Source: Octopus sinensis (Eukaryota). Taken from it: a stretch of DNA of 64,000 nt. Numbering within the stretch: position 1 is the first letter of the stretch; each line of letters opens with the position of its first letter. The stretch lies in NCBI RefSeq assembly GCF_006345805.1, contig NC_043009.1:68820001-68884000 (forward strand), written 5' to 3'. A model generated the notes under the pieces. The model was not told the origin of the DNA, searched no databases, and saw only the letters and a list, made by a program, of their open reading frames with translations. The position numbers and the translations under genes are program-made. Shown here one piece after another: positions 14,456 through 27,404 of the stretch.

Positions 14456-14740
14456 AAAGATTGTTTGCCAACATAACATGGCAGTCCTGGTTTAGGACGA
14501 ATGTCGCTGTAATTTAGCCCCAGGAGACATCGTCTCCAGCTGACTATACGACACGATCTCTGTCCTTATATTTTCGAACAAGTGAATCTAGCAACCCCAC
14601 CCAGTTAGATTCCCCTGTTTGAAAATATAAGGACAGAGATCGTGTCGTACAGCCAGCTGGAGACGATGTCTCCTGGGGCTAAATTACAGCGACATTCGTC
14701 TTAAACCAGGACTGCCATGTTATGTTGGAAAACAATCTTT
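14456..14740. mobile_element. 285-bp fold-back (MITE-like) element
   Basis: 135-bp inverted arms (14456-14590 / 14606-14740) with 7 mismatches and a 15-nt loop. No clear TSD. Confidence 0.75.
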
Positions 14741-14797
14741 ACTACAACAACAACAACAACAACAATAATAATAATAATGATGATGATGATGATGATG

Positions 14798-14852
<55 letters not shown>

Positions 14853-14961
14853 CAATAACAACAACAACAACGGAAACAACAATAATAATATTTTTTTATT
14901 AATCACAAGCATTTACATTAAGGAAAACATTATGGGCAGTACATGACGAAACAGAGAATGT

Positions 14962-15017
<56 letters not shown>

Positions 15018-15119
15018 GTGTGTGTGTTTTGTGTCAGTGTGTGTGTGTGTGTCAGAGTGTGTATGTTTTTGCGAGGGTTTTGCGAGTAAACAAGATTAAC
15101 AAAATTTTTTAAATCAACA

Positions 15120-17565
15120 ATGTCTGATCTTCAATGGAGAGGAGACGTTTGAGGGCTGCTCATGGAAAAACCCCATAAAAAACCACGGTCCCCTGACTTT
15201 TGGGGCAGGTACCTTTTTCCCTTTCCTTTTTTTTTTTTTTTTCAACTACAGGCGTATTCTCAGGGCAGACTCGTTCACTCAGACCATTCTCACCACTTCC
15301 ATCCACCTGTCAGCAAACTGGTTAGCAGACAACTCTTCCTTCTCGACCCTTATTTTCCTTTTTAAGTGAAACCAGCTGCCTTGAAGATTGCCTTGAAGAT
15401 CGCCGTCAGGTAAAGATGGTCGACCCTATCGAAAGTTTTAGACTGATCTAAATTGATCAAGGCCCACCCGTGCCAGATTCTTTAGCCACACCCTCAATGA
15501 TGTATCGCATGAAGTGGCGGTTGCCGAGGATGGATCTTTTCGGGATGGTACATGTCTGTGCCTCCTCTACCAGATCCCGACGACAAGAGCCAACCTCGTA
15601 GCGAACACCTTGGCCAAAATTTTGAACTCTGCGTCCAGTAGAGTTATGGGCCTAAAGTTCTCAATACAACCCCCTTTGTTCGGGTCTTTTCTCAGCAACG
15701 CCACCGCGCCTCGGCTCACAAAACTGGAAATTCTCCCATTTTGTTGCCAGTTGCAGTCAATGTTTGCTACGTCTGGCATGTAAGCGTAAAGCTCATTGGG
15801 TACACCATCGAAACCTGACGATTTACTCCTCGTGAAGCTGGCCATTACTTCCTGTATTTCAAAGGCTGTTATCGGCCTTTCGCAGCGCTCCGTCACCGAG
15901 AACCGCGGTAGGACGTGAAATCCATCCTGCAACCCTGCTCACCGCTGCTCTAGAACAGTTGCGCGAAGCGCCGTTGAAAGGCTACACACGTCTGTCTCGG
16001 ATCAATTATCATTTTCCCGTTGCGGTCTCGCAAGGATCGGATCGTGGGTTTATTGCCACGCCGTGCCTCTTCCACTCGGGCCCATTGAACGGCTTTCGTC
16101 CCTTCGTGTCTAAGGGCTCGTGCCTTAGCTCTGACAACGCAACCTTCGGGTTTCGCGTTGAAGAATTGGTCGAATGCCAATCTCACTGCGAGCACATCGG
16201 TCGCGATGCCTTTTCAAAATGTTAGAAGAGGCTTTTAGAAAAGGCATCGCGACCGATGTGCTCGCAGTGAGATTGGCATTCGACCAATCTTACTACTGCT
16301 AGTCCTTTGATAAACCTTGTCGATTCTATTCTAATCGCCCTTTTTTAGTCGAACCACCATTTATTGTTGATTATTGCCCCCGTTAACACCCTCTTAACTA
16401 GTTTACTAATTCGGTCTCTGAAATCTTTACGCGCCGGCAACGACGAGTTGAGCTTCATGTAACCGGGTCCCTGTCTATGAAGCCTATCTAAGTCGACTGT
16501 ACAGACTACGAATTTATGGTCTGTGTAGTCGACTACTTTAAACTGTAGACAATTTATGTTATCCTTATCTGCTACTCTACAGAATACCCAGTCTAGATGT
16601 GATCTGGATGACCCGATGCGGTTTGACCAGGTCCACACTGGCAAAACCGAGAAATCCAGTCGATACTTGTCAGACAATTGGAATCGTCTGAGCAGGTTTG
16701 CGAGGCTTTTGCACCCTCCTCTCCTATCTGCTAAACCCACACGGTCCCACCTTACATCTAAAACTCCATTCTAATTCCCCTCTAATACTAAAGAAAATTA
16801 TCCATATGTCTGAAGAAATCTGGTCGTTTTGCCCCTCTAGGAGCAAAGACGGCAACCAGCCCGAAAATATGTCCTTCGTTGCCTGTCACGTCCAGGACCA
16901 CCAACTTACCTTCCGGATCCAGGAAGATCTTCTTATTGCAAGATCCATATTTTTCCGAACCATCACGGTGACTTCGCCTCCAGCTCCCGGACGACTTGGA
17001 GATGCGTACACCTCATAGTCACCGAAAATGGGTCGAAAGTCCCATGAGTCGGAAATTCTGGTTTCACTAATGGCCACCACGTCGACATTCAGTGCTCTGA
17101 GGTCGTTGATCAGGTGACCCCGTTTCCAAGGCGATCCCAGGTCACATACATTCACGCTGCCTATTCTATATACGACCTTGTTGTCGGAAAAAGAAAAGAG
17201 AAGAAAAGGAAAATTTGGTTTTGTTTGGGTGGGAGGCGGATTGCCCGTCCCTTCTGTTGGCTTGTGGGGTTTCCAACAGTAAATCACCAAGAATCCTCTT
17301 GGTGATATTCCCTCGAAAATCTCCGATTTCTTGCGGGAAATTGGTTTTTTAAGTGTGTGTGTGTGTTTTGTGTTGTTTGTATGTGCTGCAGGGAGGGAGA
17401 TTGTGGGTTTGATAATAAATAATAAGAATAATAAGGAAGAGAATGAAGACATGTATTTACGACGGGGCCAAAACGACAGGAACAACATCAACGTTAAGGA
17501 GAACTGTCGGTCTACAAGCTGACCCCGTGCCGTCGAAAATGGCGGCTAATTGTAGTATTTTATAT
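15120..17565 (-). mobile_element. Internally deleted, degenerate L1/Tx1-clade LINE (APE endonuclease + RT fragments)
   Basis: APE motifs GSVNV, VAISETR, SHLDWV, TDHKFV. RT motifs KSSGFDGVPNELY, NFRPITLLDAEFKILAKV, LDQSKTFDRVDH. C-terminal HLKRKIRVE and an A-rich 3' region. Contains stops and frameshifts. Confidence 0.85.
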
Positions 17566-17687
17566 ATGAATAAGGTACAAAACCAAATTTTTAGTTTAAT
17601 AATTCTTTTTTTACCAGATTTTTTGTGAAAAATCTATCCGCAACTAACATCCTTTGACTGCTTGTGTCCTTCACACAGACACACACA

Positions 17688-17719
<32 letters not shown>

Positions 17720-18477
17720 ACACACACACACACACACACATAGACTCATAGAGTTGAAATGTTTGATTTTTTTCACGGTAGAATTTCCATCACCCCACTC
17801 CCACTTTGCCATCACCCCTTCCTTCCTTATTCATCTATCACCCCCTTCCTTCCCTATTCATCTACCACCCCCTTCCTTTCTCGTTCATAAGTTGTGACAG
17901 AGAACACAAAAGTATTATTATAAAATGAAAAACTCTTGTCAATAAACAGAAAGAAATATAATCCAAGGAACAAATTCTTTCGATTTTTACGATGTGTCAT
18001 CTGGAGTTTCACAGAGAAGTAGCAAGAAACTCTAAGAAACAGCAGAATGGCTTCAGAAAAGAAGTGTCCACTTGAAGCAAGTGTTTCGGCCCTTAACTTC
18101 TTACAGCCGACGAGAACGGGGCTGCATCCAGGCCATGGCTGCTGGATCCTTCTCTACTGCCAGATTCTATGCTATTTGTCTGTAGAATATACGAGTTTGT
18201 GGCAGTGACATAAACGTCACTGACTCAAATAGGATCGGTACATTCCGAATCAGTCTAATGAGAATGAGAACTGGAAGATGGCAGGAAAGCAGGAACCACG
18301 AGAAGAATTGAGTGGATTTGTAACATGCTTAGCCATAGCAGAACCGTAGCAGGAAAGGGACTTAACACTTTTTGGCTTCCATACAAATGGCCAATTATTA
18401 GGCGACACTCACTCCCTGAAATATGTACGCTTCCTGCTTTAAAGCATTTCCGGTCACAGTATGCGTGACTTTATATG

Positions 18478-18563
<86 letters not shown>

Positions 18564-18615
18564 CACACACAGGCGATGCATAGATACATGCATATACATG
18601 AATTAATGTATGTGT

Positions 18616-18669
<54 letters not shown>

Positions 18670-19199
18670 TGTGTGTATTTGTACCCAACGTATGTGTATG
18701 AGAGTGAAACAATTAGCTCTAAACGTATGCAACTGAATTATTTCGAATAAGTGTAGATTTATATATTTCAGTATGAAAATGTATACTTGCCTCTCTACAG
18801 AGACACAAGCACGCGCGCGCATGCACACACACACACACACACACACACGTGCACACACACACATACACACACACACACACACACGTGCACGCATGACGTA
18901 TTTATGCGGTGCTCACAGAGATGCACATAACATGATACTTAGAAAAATTATCATAACACGGTTAAGAAGTATTTACACACGTATTGAGGTCAGGGAACTT
19001 ATCGCTAATTGAAGCATTTGAGCAGCGTATCTGCCTGTCTGACCGACTGTCTGCCGGTCCGTCTGTCTGCCAGTATACATAGATGCATGTATGTATGGAT
19101 GGGTGGATGGATGGATGGATGGATGGATGGATGGATGGATATTTGCTAGCTGGCCACCATAGATAAATAGATAGGTAGGTAGATAGATAGACAGACAGG

Positions 19200-19220
19200 C
19201 ATATAGATAGACAGACAGAC

Positions 19221-19290
<70 letters not shown>

Positions 19291-19318
19291 GTAGGTAGGT
19301 AGGTAGATAGGTAGGTAT

Positions 19319-19416
<98 letters not shown>
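19200..19416. repeat. (GATA)n/(GGTA)n microsatellite
   Basis: Direct inspection. Confidence 0.95.
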
Positions 19417-20999
19417 GTAGATTACATCTATTAAACGCTAACTCCGTTAAATATAAAAGAAAATCAGCAGTTCGCAATTGTAAGATGCAGGGTTCGAATT
19501 CAAGATATATTTTCCAGACATATTCCTTGTACGTTTTCTTCAACAAATAATCGATAACATGATGTGATAGCCGTTACTTTGTCTCTGAAGATCAAAAGGA
19601 AGAGTAGGTCGCCCTCAAGTGACTGTGAAGGCCGATCCTTGACATTGCTGGGCTTTTCTTCCTGCCTGCACTTAACAGTTTTAAAGCGAGTGTCAATCTG
19701 CACAATCTCATCCTAATCTTTAGACTTGGATGCCTCATCACAGTGGCTCAGTGGGATAAAGTAGTTGTGATGTCCAGTAAGCTGTAGGTTTTTCATTGGA
19801 GTTGCCTTCCCTGATGTGAATTGCCTTACAGGGTTGTAGAATGTCACTTCTCTTTTAGAGGTACCGCAAGGGTGTCAAAGAGGGCACCCGACCACCTGAG
19901 GGATACATTCCTTGATTTACTATTGATGTGTACTCACCCAGCCTTATACTTTCTCCTGGCACTCACAAGGCAGTGAAAGTTCGTGCTTGAGGTTTCTTCC
20001 ATAGCATGCTGAATAACCTGTAACTGGGACCCTGATAGGTGTTACCTTTCCGGGTCAGAGTTGACCTGAGAACAGTGGTGGATAAGCGGTGGTTTCACAC
20101 TCCTCAAAACCGTGGAACTCCTGAACCAGGGCCTCACGACTGGATGCTTCTTAAAGTGATACCCAGGACAAAACTTATAGAGATATAGATACATATATAA
20201 ACATACATACATTCTTACATACTTATTTTATTATAGAAGCAATACAACACCACGGAGGAATCGACGTAAACTTAAAGAACCGCGATAGGTGAACCGCGGT
20301 ATGGCGAGTGATTAGTGTACTTCCTAGATGACTTCCAGCTATATCCTAACAGTATTTGTCTCACTAAGAAACTTGGTCGCAAAGTTATTACGAGATATAA
20401 GAACAGAAGTCGACCAAGAAAAACGATCCTATCCGATAATTAGCTGAAACTAATTATGAACCAACAAAGGTTTACGTATTTTCTCTTCTCCTCAACTGTG
20501 AGTGGTTTAAGTATCTGGGAATTAATGAGGACCATGTTTGTTTAAATTTGTTTATATCAAGACGAGCAGACTGGCTGAAGAGGATTTCAACCAGCGTCAG
20601 AAAATATCGCAGTCAGAAAATACTAGTCGCGATAGGTCAGACGTGGGGTAGGGGTGTGCCGATGCAGCGCGGTGCTGCATTCACCGTTTGTTGTCGGTGA
20701 ATATTCCTGGTTGTTTCCGAGCGATCCGTTGAGCAGGGTCTGTCCCCATCTCCACGAAATACCTCCTCATCTGCCGTCGCTATATAAAACATTGTAATAA
20801 TGATAGAGTGGCAGTTGCCATCGCAATGTTTTGGATAATGAATAGACGAGGAAGTGGCGCCTCGGGAAACTCTACAACTCACAAAGGAAAATCAATTGTC
20901 ATGGTAACATGACGTAATGCAACAAAGATAAAGTGACGAACGGGTAGAGTCGTTAAGTCGATGGATATAATGCCACGCGGTATTTATTCCAATTCTGCG

Positions 21000-21413
21000 G
21001 CGAGGAGCTGGCAGAACCGTTAGCACGCCGGGCGAAATGCGTAGCCGTATTTCGTCTGCCGCTACGTTCTGAGTTCAAATTCCGCCGAGGTCAACTTTGC
21101 CTTTCATCCTTTCGGGGTCGATTAGATAAGTACCAGTTACACACTAGGGTCGATATAATCGACTTAATCCGTTTGTCTGTCCTTGTTTGTCCTCTCTATG
21201 TTTAGCCCCTTGTGTATAGTAAAGAAATAGGCATTTCGTCTGTCTTTATGTCCTGAGTTCAAATTCCGCCGAGGTCGACTTTGCCTCTCATCCTTTCGGG
21301 GTCGATTAAATAAGTACCAGTTACGCACTGGGGTTGATGTAATCGACTTAATCCGTTTGTCTGTCCTTGTTTGTACCCTCTGTGTGTAGCCCCTTGCGGG
21401 TAGTGAAGAAATG
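21000..21413 (+). mobile_element. Dimeric/nested SINE family A with 21-bp flanking duplication
   Basis: Two consecutive bodies; ggtatttattccaattctgcg at 20979-20999 and 21414-21434. Confidence 0.85.
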
Positions 21414-22435
21414 GGTATTTATTCCAATTCTGCGCTCCGAGTTCAACTTTGCCGTTTGTGGTGATTTTAGTTTTGATCACGTGATTTTGATTGTCTCCAT
21501 TGCTGTTATATGCCTGCAGTGCGACTGCGCGGAGTTCTGTTCTGTTTCCGGCACGATGTGTTCAGTGTTGGTTTTTAGTTAGTCGAGACTGTAGCAACTC
21601 GCTGCATAAAACTTATTCCGTTGAAGTTTGGTTCTGCTTACAATTTAGCAATCTTTGTTTGTATTATAGATTGCTGTATTCTTAGTCGATTAAAACTTTT
21701 TCAACTTTGATTATTCCAGTTCGGGTTTATAACACCGTTCATTCTTTCGGAGCAGAAAAAGGAAGGTGTGAGCATGCAGTTTAGTGTACTAAAAAATGAA
21801 AGTAAATTGTGTCGGAAGCGACGGTAATTAAATCCTATAATTCCATGAACTCCGGTGCACCTAGTGATATGATACCTTCTGGTGGTGGTCTAAGCATTTC
21901 TGAAATAGCAGCCGAGGTACACCGCTGCAACGTGGATTATCCAGCAACACCAGTGAAAACCATAGAGACGGGCGTTGGATATTCAATTGGTGGGTTTCCC
22001 ATGTTAGTTTAGGCCACATTTATAGTTGTGAAGTGGTGAACCGTTCTTTGAATTTTGTTAATCCAATGACGAGGGCATCCATACACAGAGACTATCGAAG
22101 CCGATGGATGCTGGCCAAGAAGAAACTCAAGAGACGATGTTGTACAAGAGTCGCTTCGTTCACATCGTATCTGTATGAACACAAATGACGGAAATAGGTT
22201 AAGAGATTGTGAGGAAGATATACGGACGTTTCTTTAGATAATCGTTTTTGTTGTTATATAATAAATACAAAGAGTAAATGGGATTTCACTAGAGTCGTTT
22301 ACGATTTCTATCACAATTTACTGTAAAGGCTAATGGCACTCCCTTTGCTCAGGGCTAAAATAAAAGTAAAGAGAGATAGATAGATAGGCAGGCAGACAGA
22401 TAGATAGATAGGTAGATAGATAGATAGAAAGAAAG

Positions 22436-22519
<84 letters not shown>

Positions 22520-22935
22520 GTGGCAGCTGTTGCGCAAAAACCAATCCAAGGAGTGTTCGTATCTCCTGTGGCATCCCATAGCAACGTCTCCAAATCAGTG
22601 AAGAAATAGAAATATTTCTTTAAAAAAAATTTATTTCGACTGTTTTAGTAAGATAAATCATGAGAACGAAGAGAAAGTCGATAGGACTCGGGAGATGCGA
22701 AGAAGTGTCTGAATAAGATGATAAATGGATGAGAAATGCTTGATATATTTATATCATACGTGTATGTGTGAGAGCATTTGTGTGGGGGGGGAGGTGAGTG
22801 TGCGAGTGCGTGCGTGAGTATATGTGTATATGCGCGTGTATGCATGTGTGTCTATGCGTGCACATGTATATTTGTGCATGTGCGTGCGTGCGAATGTGTG
22901 TGTGTACGTGTGTGTGTGTGTGTGTGTGCGTGCGA

Positions 22936-22989
<54 letters not shown>

Positions 22990-23299
22990 TTTATCCAAAG
23001 TTGTATTTCGAGAATCACTTCTCTAGTTTTGCGATTCCACTTCATCGGCTGAGAAGTAGTAATGTTCGATTGAGTTTTTATTTATAGCTCCAGGAATCTT
23101 CATCCACCAACACTGGTCTAAGAGAACAGTCTGCAACACGATATAAACATACCACTGCCTAGTCAAGAGATGTGGACTTCCTACTCCTAACAGGAGCAAA
23201 AAACTGAAGACCGTCCACTTGTGAAGTAGCCGCCATATTTGAACTCATCCTGCCTAAAGCGCAGTTCTTGACTTTCCGCCCTCGCTCCTCATTCACGCT

Positions 23300-23720
23300 T
23301 GTATAGTGGACTCGAAAGTACCGTCCCTTTAAAAGCGTTGATCAAAGAGGACCGCCAACTTCCTCTCTTAATTTCGCTTCTGAGACAGAATGTCCACAGC
23401 ATTGGGTATTCCAGTTGTATACCTTCTGTCGAGGGAGTGGAGTGTGCTTTAGTTGGGAGCGCGTAGAGGATAACCGCAAAATACCCCAAATACATATCCT
23501 GCATGGAAAACTAGTGCCCAGGAAGATCCCAGCTGTGCTACAAAGAGGTTGGCATGATGGAAATGAAAGCGTTCGATACCATCACGGAAACCTAACAGAA
23601 AGCCGAGCACCCGACAAAATGAGTCGGAAGGGTATCATGAACGGGTGTTTCGAGACAGTAAAGAGAAGGCACAAAGAAAAGATCGTAACAACGTCAGCAG
23701 ATCAATAAGCAGACATACTG
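23300..23720 (+). mobile_element. Decayed RTE-BovB-like LINE 3' fragment
   Basis: VEDNRKIPQIHILHGKL resembles the RTE MEDxRIPKxxLYGEL motif; multiple frameshifts. Confidence 0.45.
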
Positions 23721-24189
23721 GATAAACCTAGCAGCAGAAATAGCGCAGGTAACAAAGCAGTTGCGGTCGCACTGGAAAAAACTCTTTCATTGTAAGTTTT
23801 TCTAATCATGGTTGGGGTAGCTGGGAGAGCTTAGGTGCTGCAAAAATGAGTAAGAATCAGTTCAACACGAGGAGTATTTATACAGTTGTCCAGAGCTGAA
23901 ATATCTTAAAACCTGACCAGCTTAGTACTAATCGTGTATTTAAGATCAATTCATACTCGACATGAGATTTCCGACAGCTGACAAAAGAAACAAATTGGAT
24001 TTACGAAGCAACAATAACCAATCCTATTATGAGTTTCTTTCAAATATAAAAATAAAAATCTCATATTGTTCTCTCCTTTTCTTTCTTCTTTTACGATCTG
24101 CCGAAATAGCAGTCATCTCCCACTCAAATCGCTTCCTTTTGTCTCAGTGACTAATTTCTTTCTTTACTACCCAGAAGGTAGTAAAGGGT

Positions 24190-24361
24190 AGGCGCAGGAG
24201 TGGCTGTGTGGTAAGTAGCTTGCTAACCAACCACATGGTTCCGGGTTTAGTCCTACTGCGTGGCATCTTGGGCAAGTGTCTTCTGCTATAGCCCCGGGCC
24301 GACCAATGCCTTGTGAGTGGATTTTGTAGACGGAAACTGAAAGAAGCCTGTCGTATATATG

Positions 24362-24392
<31 letters not shown>

Positions 24393-24570
24393 TTGTGTGT
24401 CTGTGTTTGTCCCCCTAGCATTGCTTGACAACCGATGCTGGTGTGTTTACGTCCCCGAAAAGAGACCGATAGAATAAGTACTGGGCTTACAAAGAATAAG
24501 TCCCGGGGTCGATTTGCTCGACTAAAGGCGGTGCTCCAGCATGGCCGCAGTCGAATGACTGAAAGAAGTA
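24190..24570 (+). mobile_element. SINE family B, full length
   Basis: aggcgcaggagtggctgtgtggtaag head through ggccgcagtcgaatgactgaaa tail. Confidence 0.9.
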
Positions 24571-25073
24571 AGTAAAGTAAAGTAAGTAAAGGGGCTAAAC
24601 ACAGGGGGTGGGGGGCAAACAAGGACAAACAAAGGGATTAAGTCGATTACATCGACCCCGAAAGGATGAAAGACAAAGTCGACCTCGGTGGACCTCGGTG
24701 AACTCAGAACGTAACGGCAGACGAAATTTGTCTCAGTAGCAGTTCTCATAGCTTTGTAGAAGAGTGTTTGTGGGAGTTGTCTCCCGTTGAATTATCGCTC
24801 TTTTATACAATTCCGCTTAAACAGTCGGATGGTCTCCCTTGGCTCGGTTCGTCTTGGAGATGAGGGAGGAGGGGGTGGTGGTGGTGGTGGGGTTCCTGGG
24901 TCGTGATTCAGCAATCTTTGGCTGGTGTCAATCTCCTGACTATTGATTCGTCTCACGGAAGTACAAACGAATCAGTTTTTATTATCTCATAAATCTGTAG
25001 AAAATTTATTTATTTATTTTGGGACACTGGCATGCATTCACCCATCCAATCATTTATGTAGGCATATAGATAT

Positions 25074-25137
<64 letters not shown>

Positions 25138-25171
25138 ATATATATATATGTTATATGTGTGTGTGTGTGTG

Positions 25172-25203
<32 letters not shown>

Positions 25204-25723
25204 CTCATATATATATATATGTATATATGTGTGTATGTATGTATATATATATATATATATGTTATATGTGTGTGTGTATGTATGTGGGTATGTATGTATG
25301 TATATATATATATATATGGATGAATAGATGGGTGGATTGATGAACGGATGGCAGGAGAAAGAGAGAGAAGGAGGGATGTGTGTACATGAGCGCGTGCATG
25401 TGCACTGCATATGTGCATACAACGAAACGAAAACGACCTAAGGAAAATAACTCAGAGTGGCAAATGTATTTGAACAGTGAAGACGAATGATGGCCTATTA
25501 AACAATATAGAAGATAATTTCGTGTCTATCATTTAATTTATTGAATATAATCTCCGTTTCCAAGGAGGGTAGGACAATGGCTTGGTGGCAATCGTTACAA
25601 ACTCCGAATGGACACGGGGAGATAATTGCAAGAATCCCCAACTAGACACGTGCATAACGAGAAGACAGTCTGGTTGAAAGAGAACTCTGTGAGCATATGT
25701 TTCCATTGGCAGCATCAGTTAGC

Positions 25724-25760
<37 letters not shown>

Positions 25761-25761
<1 letters not shown>

Positions 25762-26158
25762 TAGCAGTATCGCCCGGTGTTGCTCGGGTTTGTAAGGGAA
25801 ATAACTATATAAGCATTTTTAGAGATGTAAAGTATAATAGCCATCTCAATATGGCTAACCACAAAGGGGAGGGGTGTTACTGTAGCTTTTTACGTTCTGA
25901 GATTTAATGATAATTTTTTAAAGAGTTACTTCCCTTATATATGCCAAAAATGCATTAAAAATGGGAAAAATTGATGGTAATTTTTTTTTAAATCGTAGAC
26001 TCATCGTAGACGCGCGCTAATACCCAGAAGGGCTCGATATGAATCACAACTATAAGATATCCGGTTTTTGGTTAAACTGCACCGCAAAATGTGGGAGTAG
26101 TTAGGAATCTAAATCGTAGGAGACAGACAGCACACAACCTCACTTTTATAAATGAAGA
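25761..26158 (-). mobile_element. Complete non-autonomous Helitron-like element in (TA)n
   Basis: On the minus strand: A|TC...cccgagcaacaccggg hairpin...CTAG|T, i.e. canonical Helitron termini and A/T insertion site, no TSD. Confidence 0.8.
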
Positions 26159-26175
26159 TATATATATATATATAT

Positions 26176-26243
<68 letters not shown>

Positions 26244-26834
26244 GGTGTAGAACATAGAACAATTGCTTTCTTGCCAACAACATCATTTTGCATTCAATCC
26301 CACTGCGTCTTCTATAACTCGAGGCCAACGAAAGCCTTGCGCATGTTTAGCTCCTTGTGGGTATTAAAGAAAAAAGAAATAAGAATACCTAATGGTCCAA
26401 TCCACCTCGAAATTTGACGGTTCGACACCGACAACAATCAATGAATTGAGGACACCACTCAGCCAGAATACGCACAAGTACTGAATAGAATGTGGTTTAA
26501 TGTTTGTGATTGCATTGTTTCATGTTATCAGCGGTGCCTGGGCCATCGGTTGCGAAAGAGGCGTTCGTAAAAAATTAAATTCCGTCTGGTGATTTTATGA
26601 AATTTTCAAAAAGAGAAATGTGTTTTAATAAACACTAACTTTCTAATTATTCAACGTATGTGCATACACACACACGCACGCACGCACACGCACACAAACA
26701 AACAAACATACATACATACATACATGCATACATACATACATACATACATACATACAACATACATACATACATACATACATGCATACATACATACATACAT
26801 ACATACATCATACATACATGATTGATACATCTTC

Positions 26835-27150
26835 ACAGAGGATTGCTGTCGCTCTGAGCGTCCTGGTGCTCAATGGCATTGCTGACCTTCCGTATATGAC
26901 CTCGCAGTCGACTGTTCAGTCCCGCTGCAGATCTGCATGATTTGAAGCCTAAATGACAGAGGAAAGTTATGACTTCCATACGACTGATCGGATCGCTTTG
27001 TGAGACATGATCCATATGAATCGCCATTCTCTTTTCAGACCAGAAATCGATTATGAAGGCTTTTCGCACGTACACACGTCGAATCAACCAGTCTAGGAGA
27101 AAAGAGTTACATATATCTTTCATGGGATTTCGGGTGGTTGATATATTCAT
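26835..27150 (-). mobile_element. RTE-BovB-like LINE C-terminal fragment
   Basis: FLCHLGFKSCRSAAGLNSRLRGH is a degenerate C2H2-like tail typical of RTE ORF ends. Confidence 0.5.
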
Positions 27151-27395
27151 TCATTGTTCGACCTTGGTCAAGACAATGGAATTTACTATGTTACGCCAGA
27201 CTTCACGGTCCATCATAGCATTACGGAGGTCCTGTTGCTGGGTGCCTGTATCCCTGGAGATTACATCAGGGTAGGAGAGTGTGCGCCCTCTGATAACACG
27301 AGCAGATGGCTTCCAGAGGAGAAGAGTAGAAATTACCTCGTTTTCAGCTCTACAACAATGTCCAGCAAACTGGACACTTCTACCTTTCACAAGAG
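27151..27395 (-). mobile_element. RTE-clade LINE C-terminal fragment
   Basis: QFAGHCCRAENEVISTLLLWKP...GRTLSYPDVISRDTG...AMMDREVWR matches RTE post-RT C-termini. Confidence 0.75.
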
Positions 27396-27404
27396 ATAAT
27401 ACAG

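Noticed and set aside
21809-22250. Unique-looking stretch with a 67-aa ORF
   Set aside because: GTG start, no recognisable domain or splice signals.
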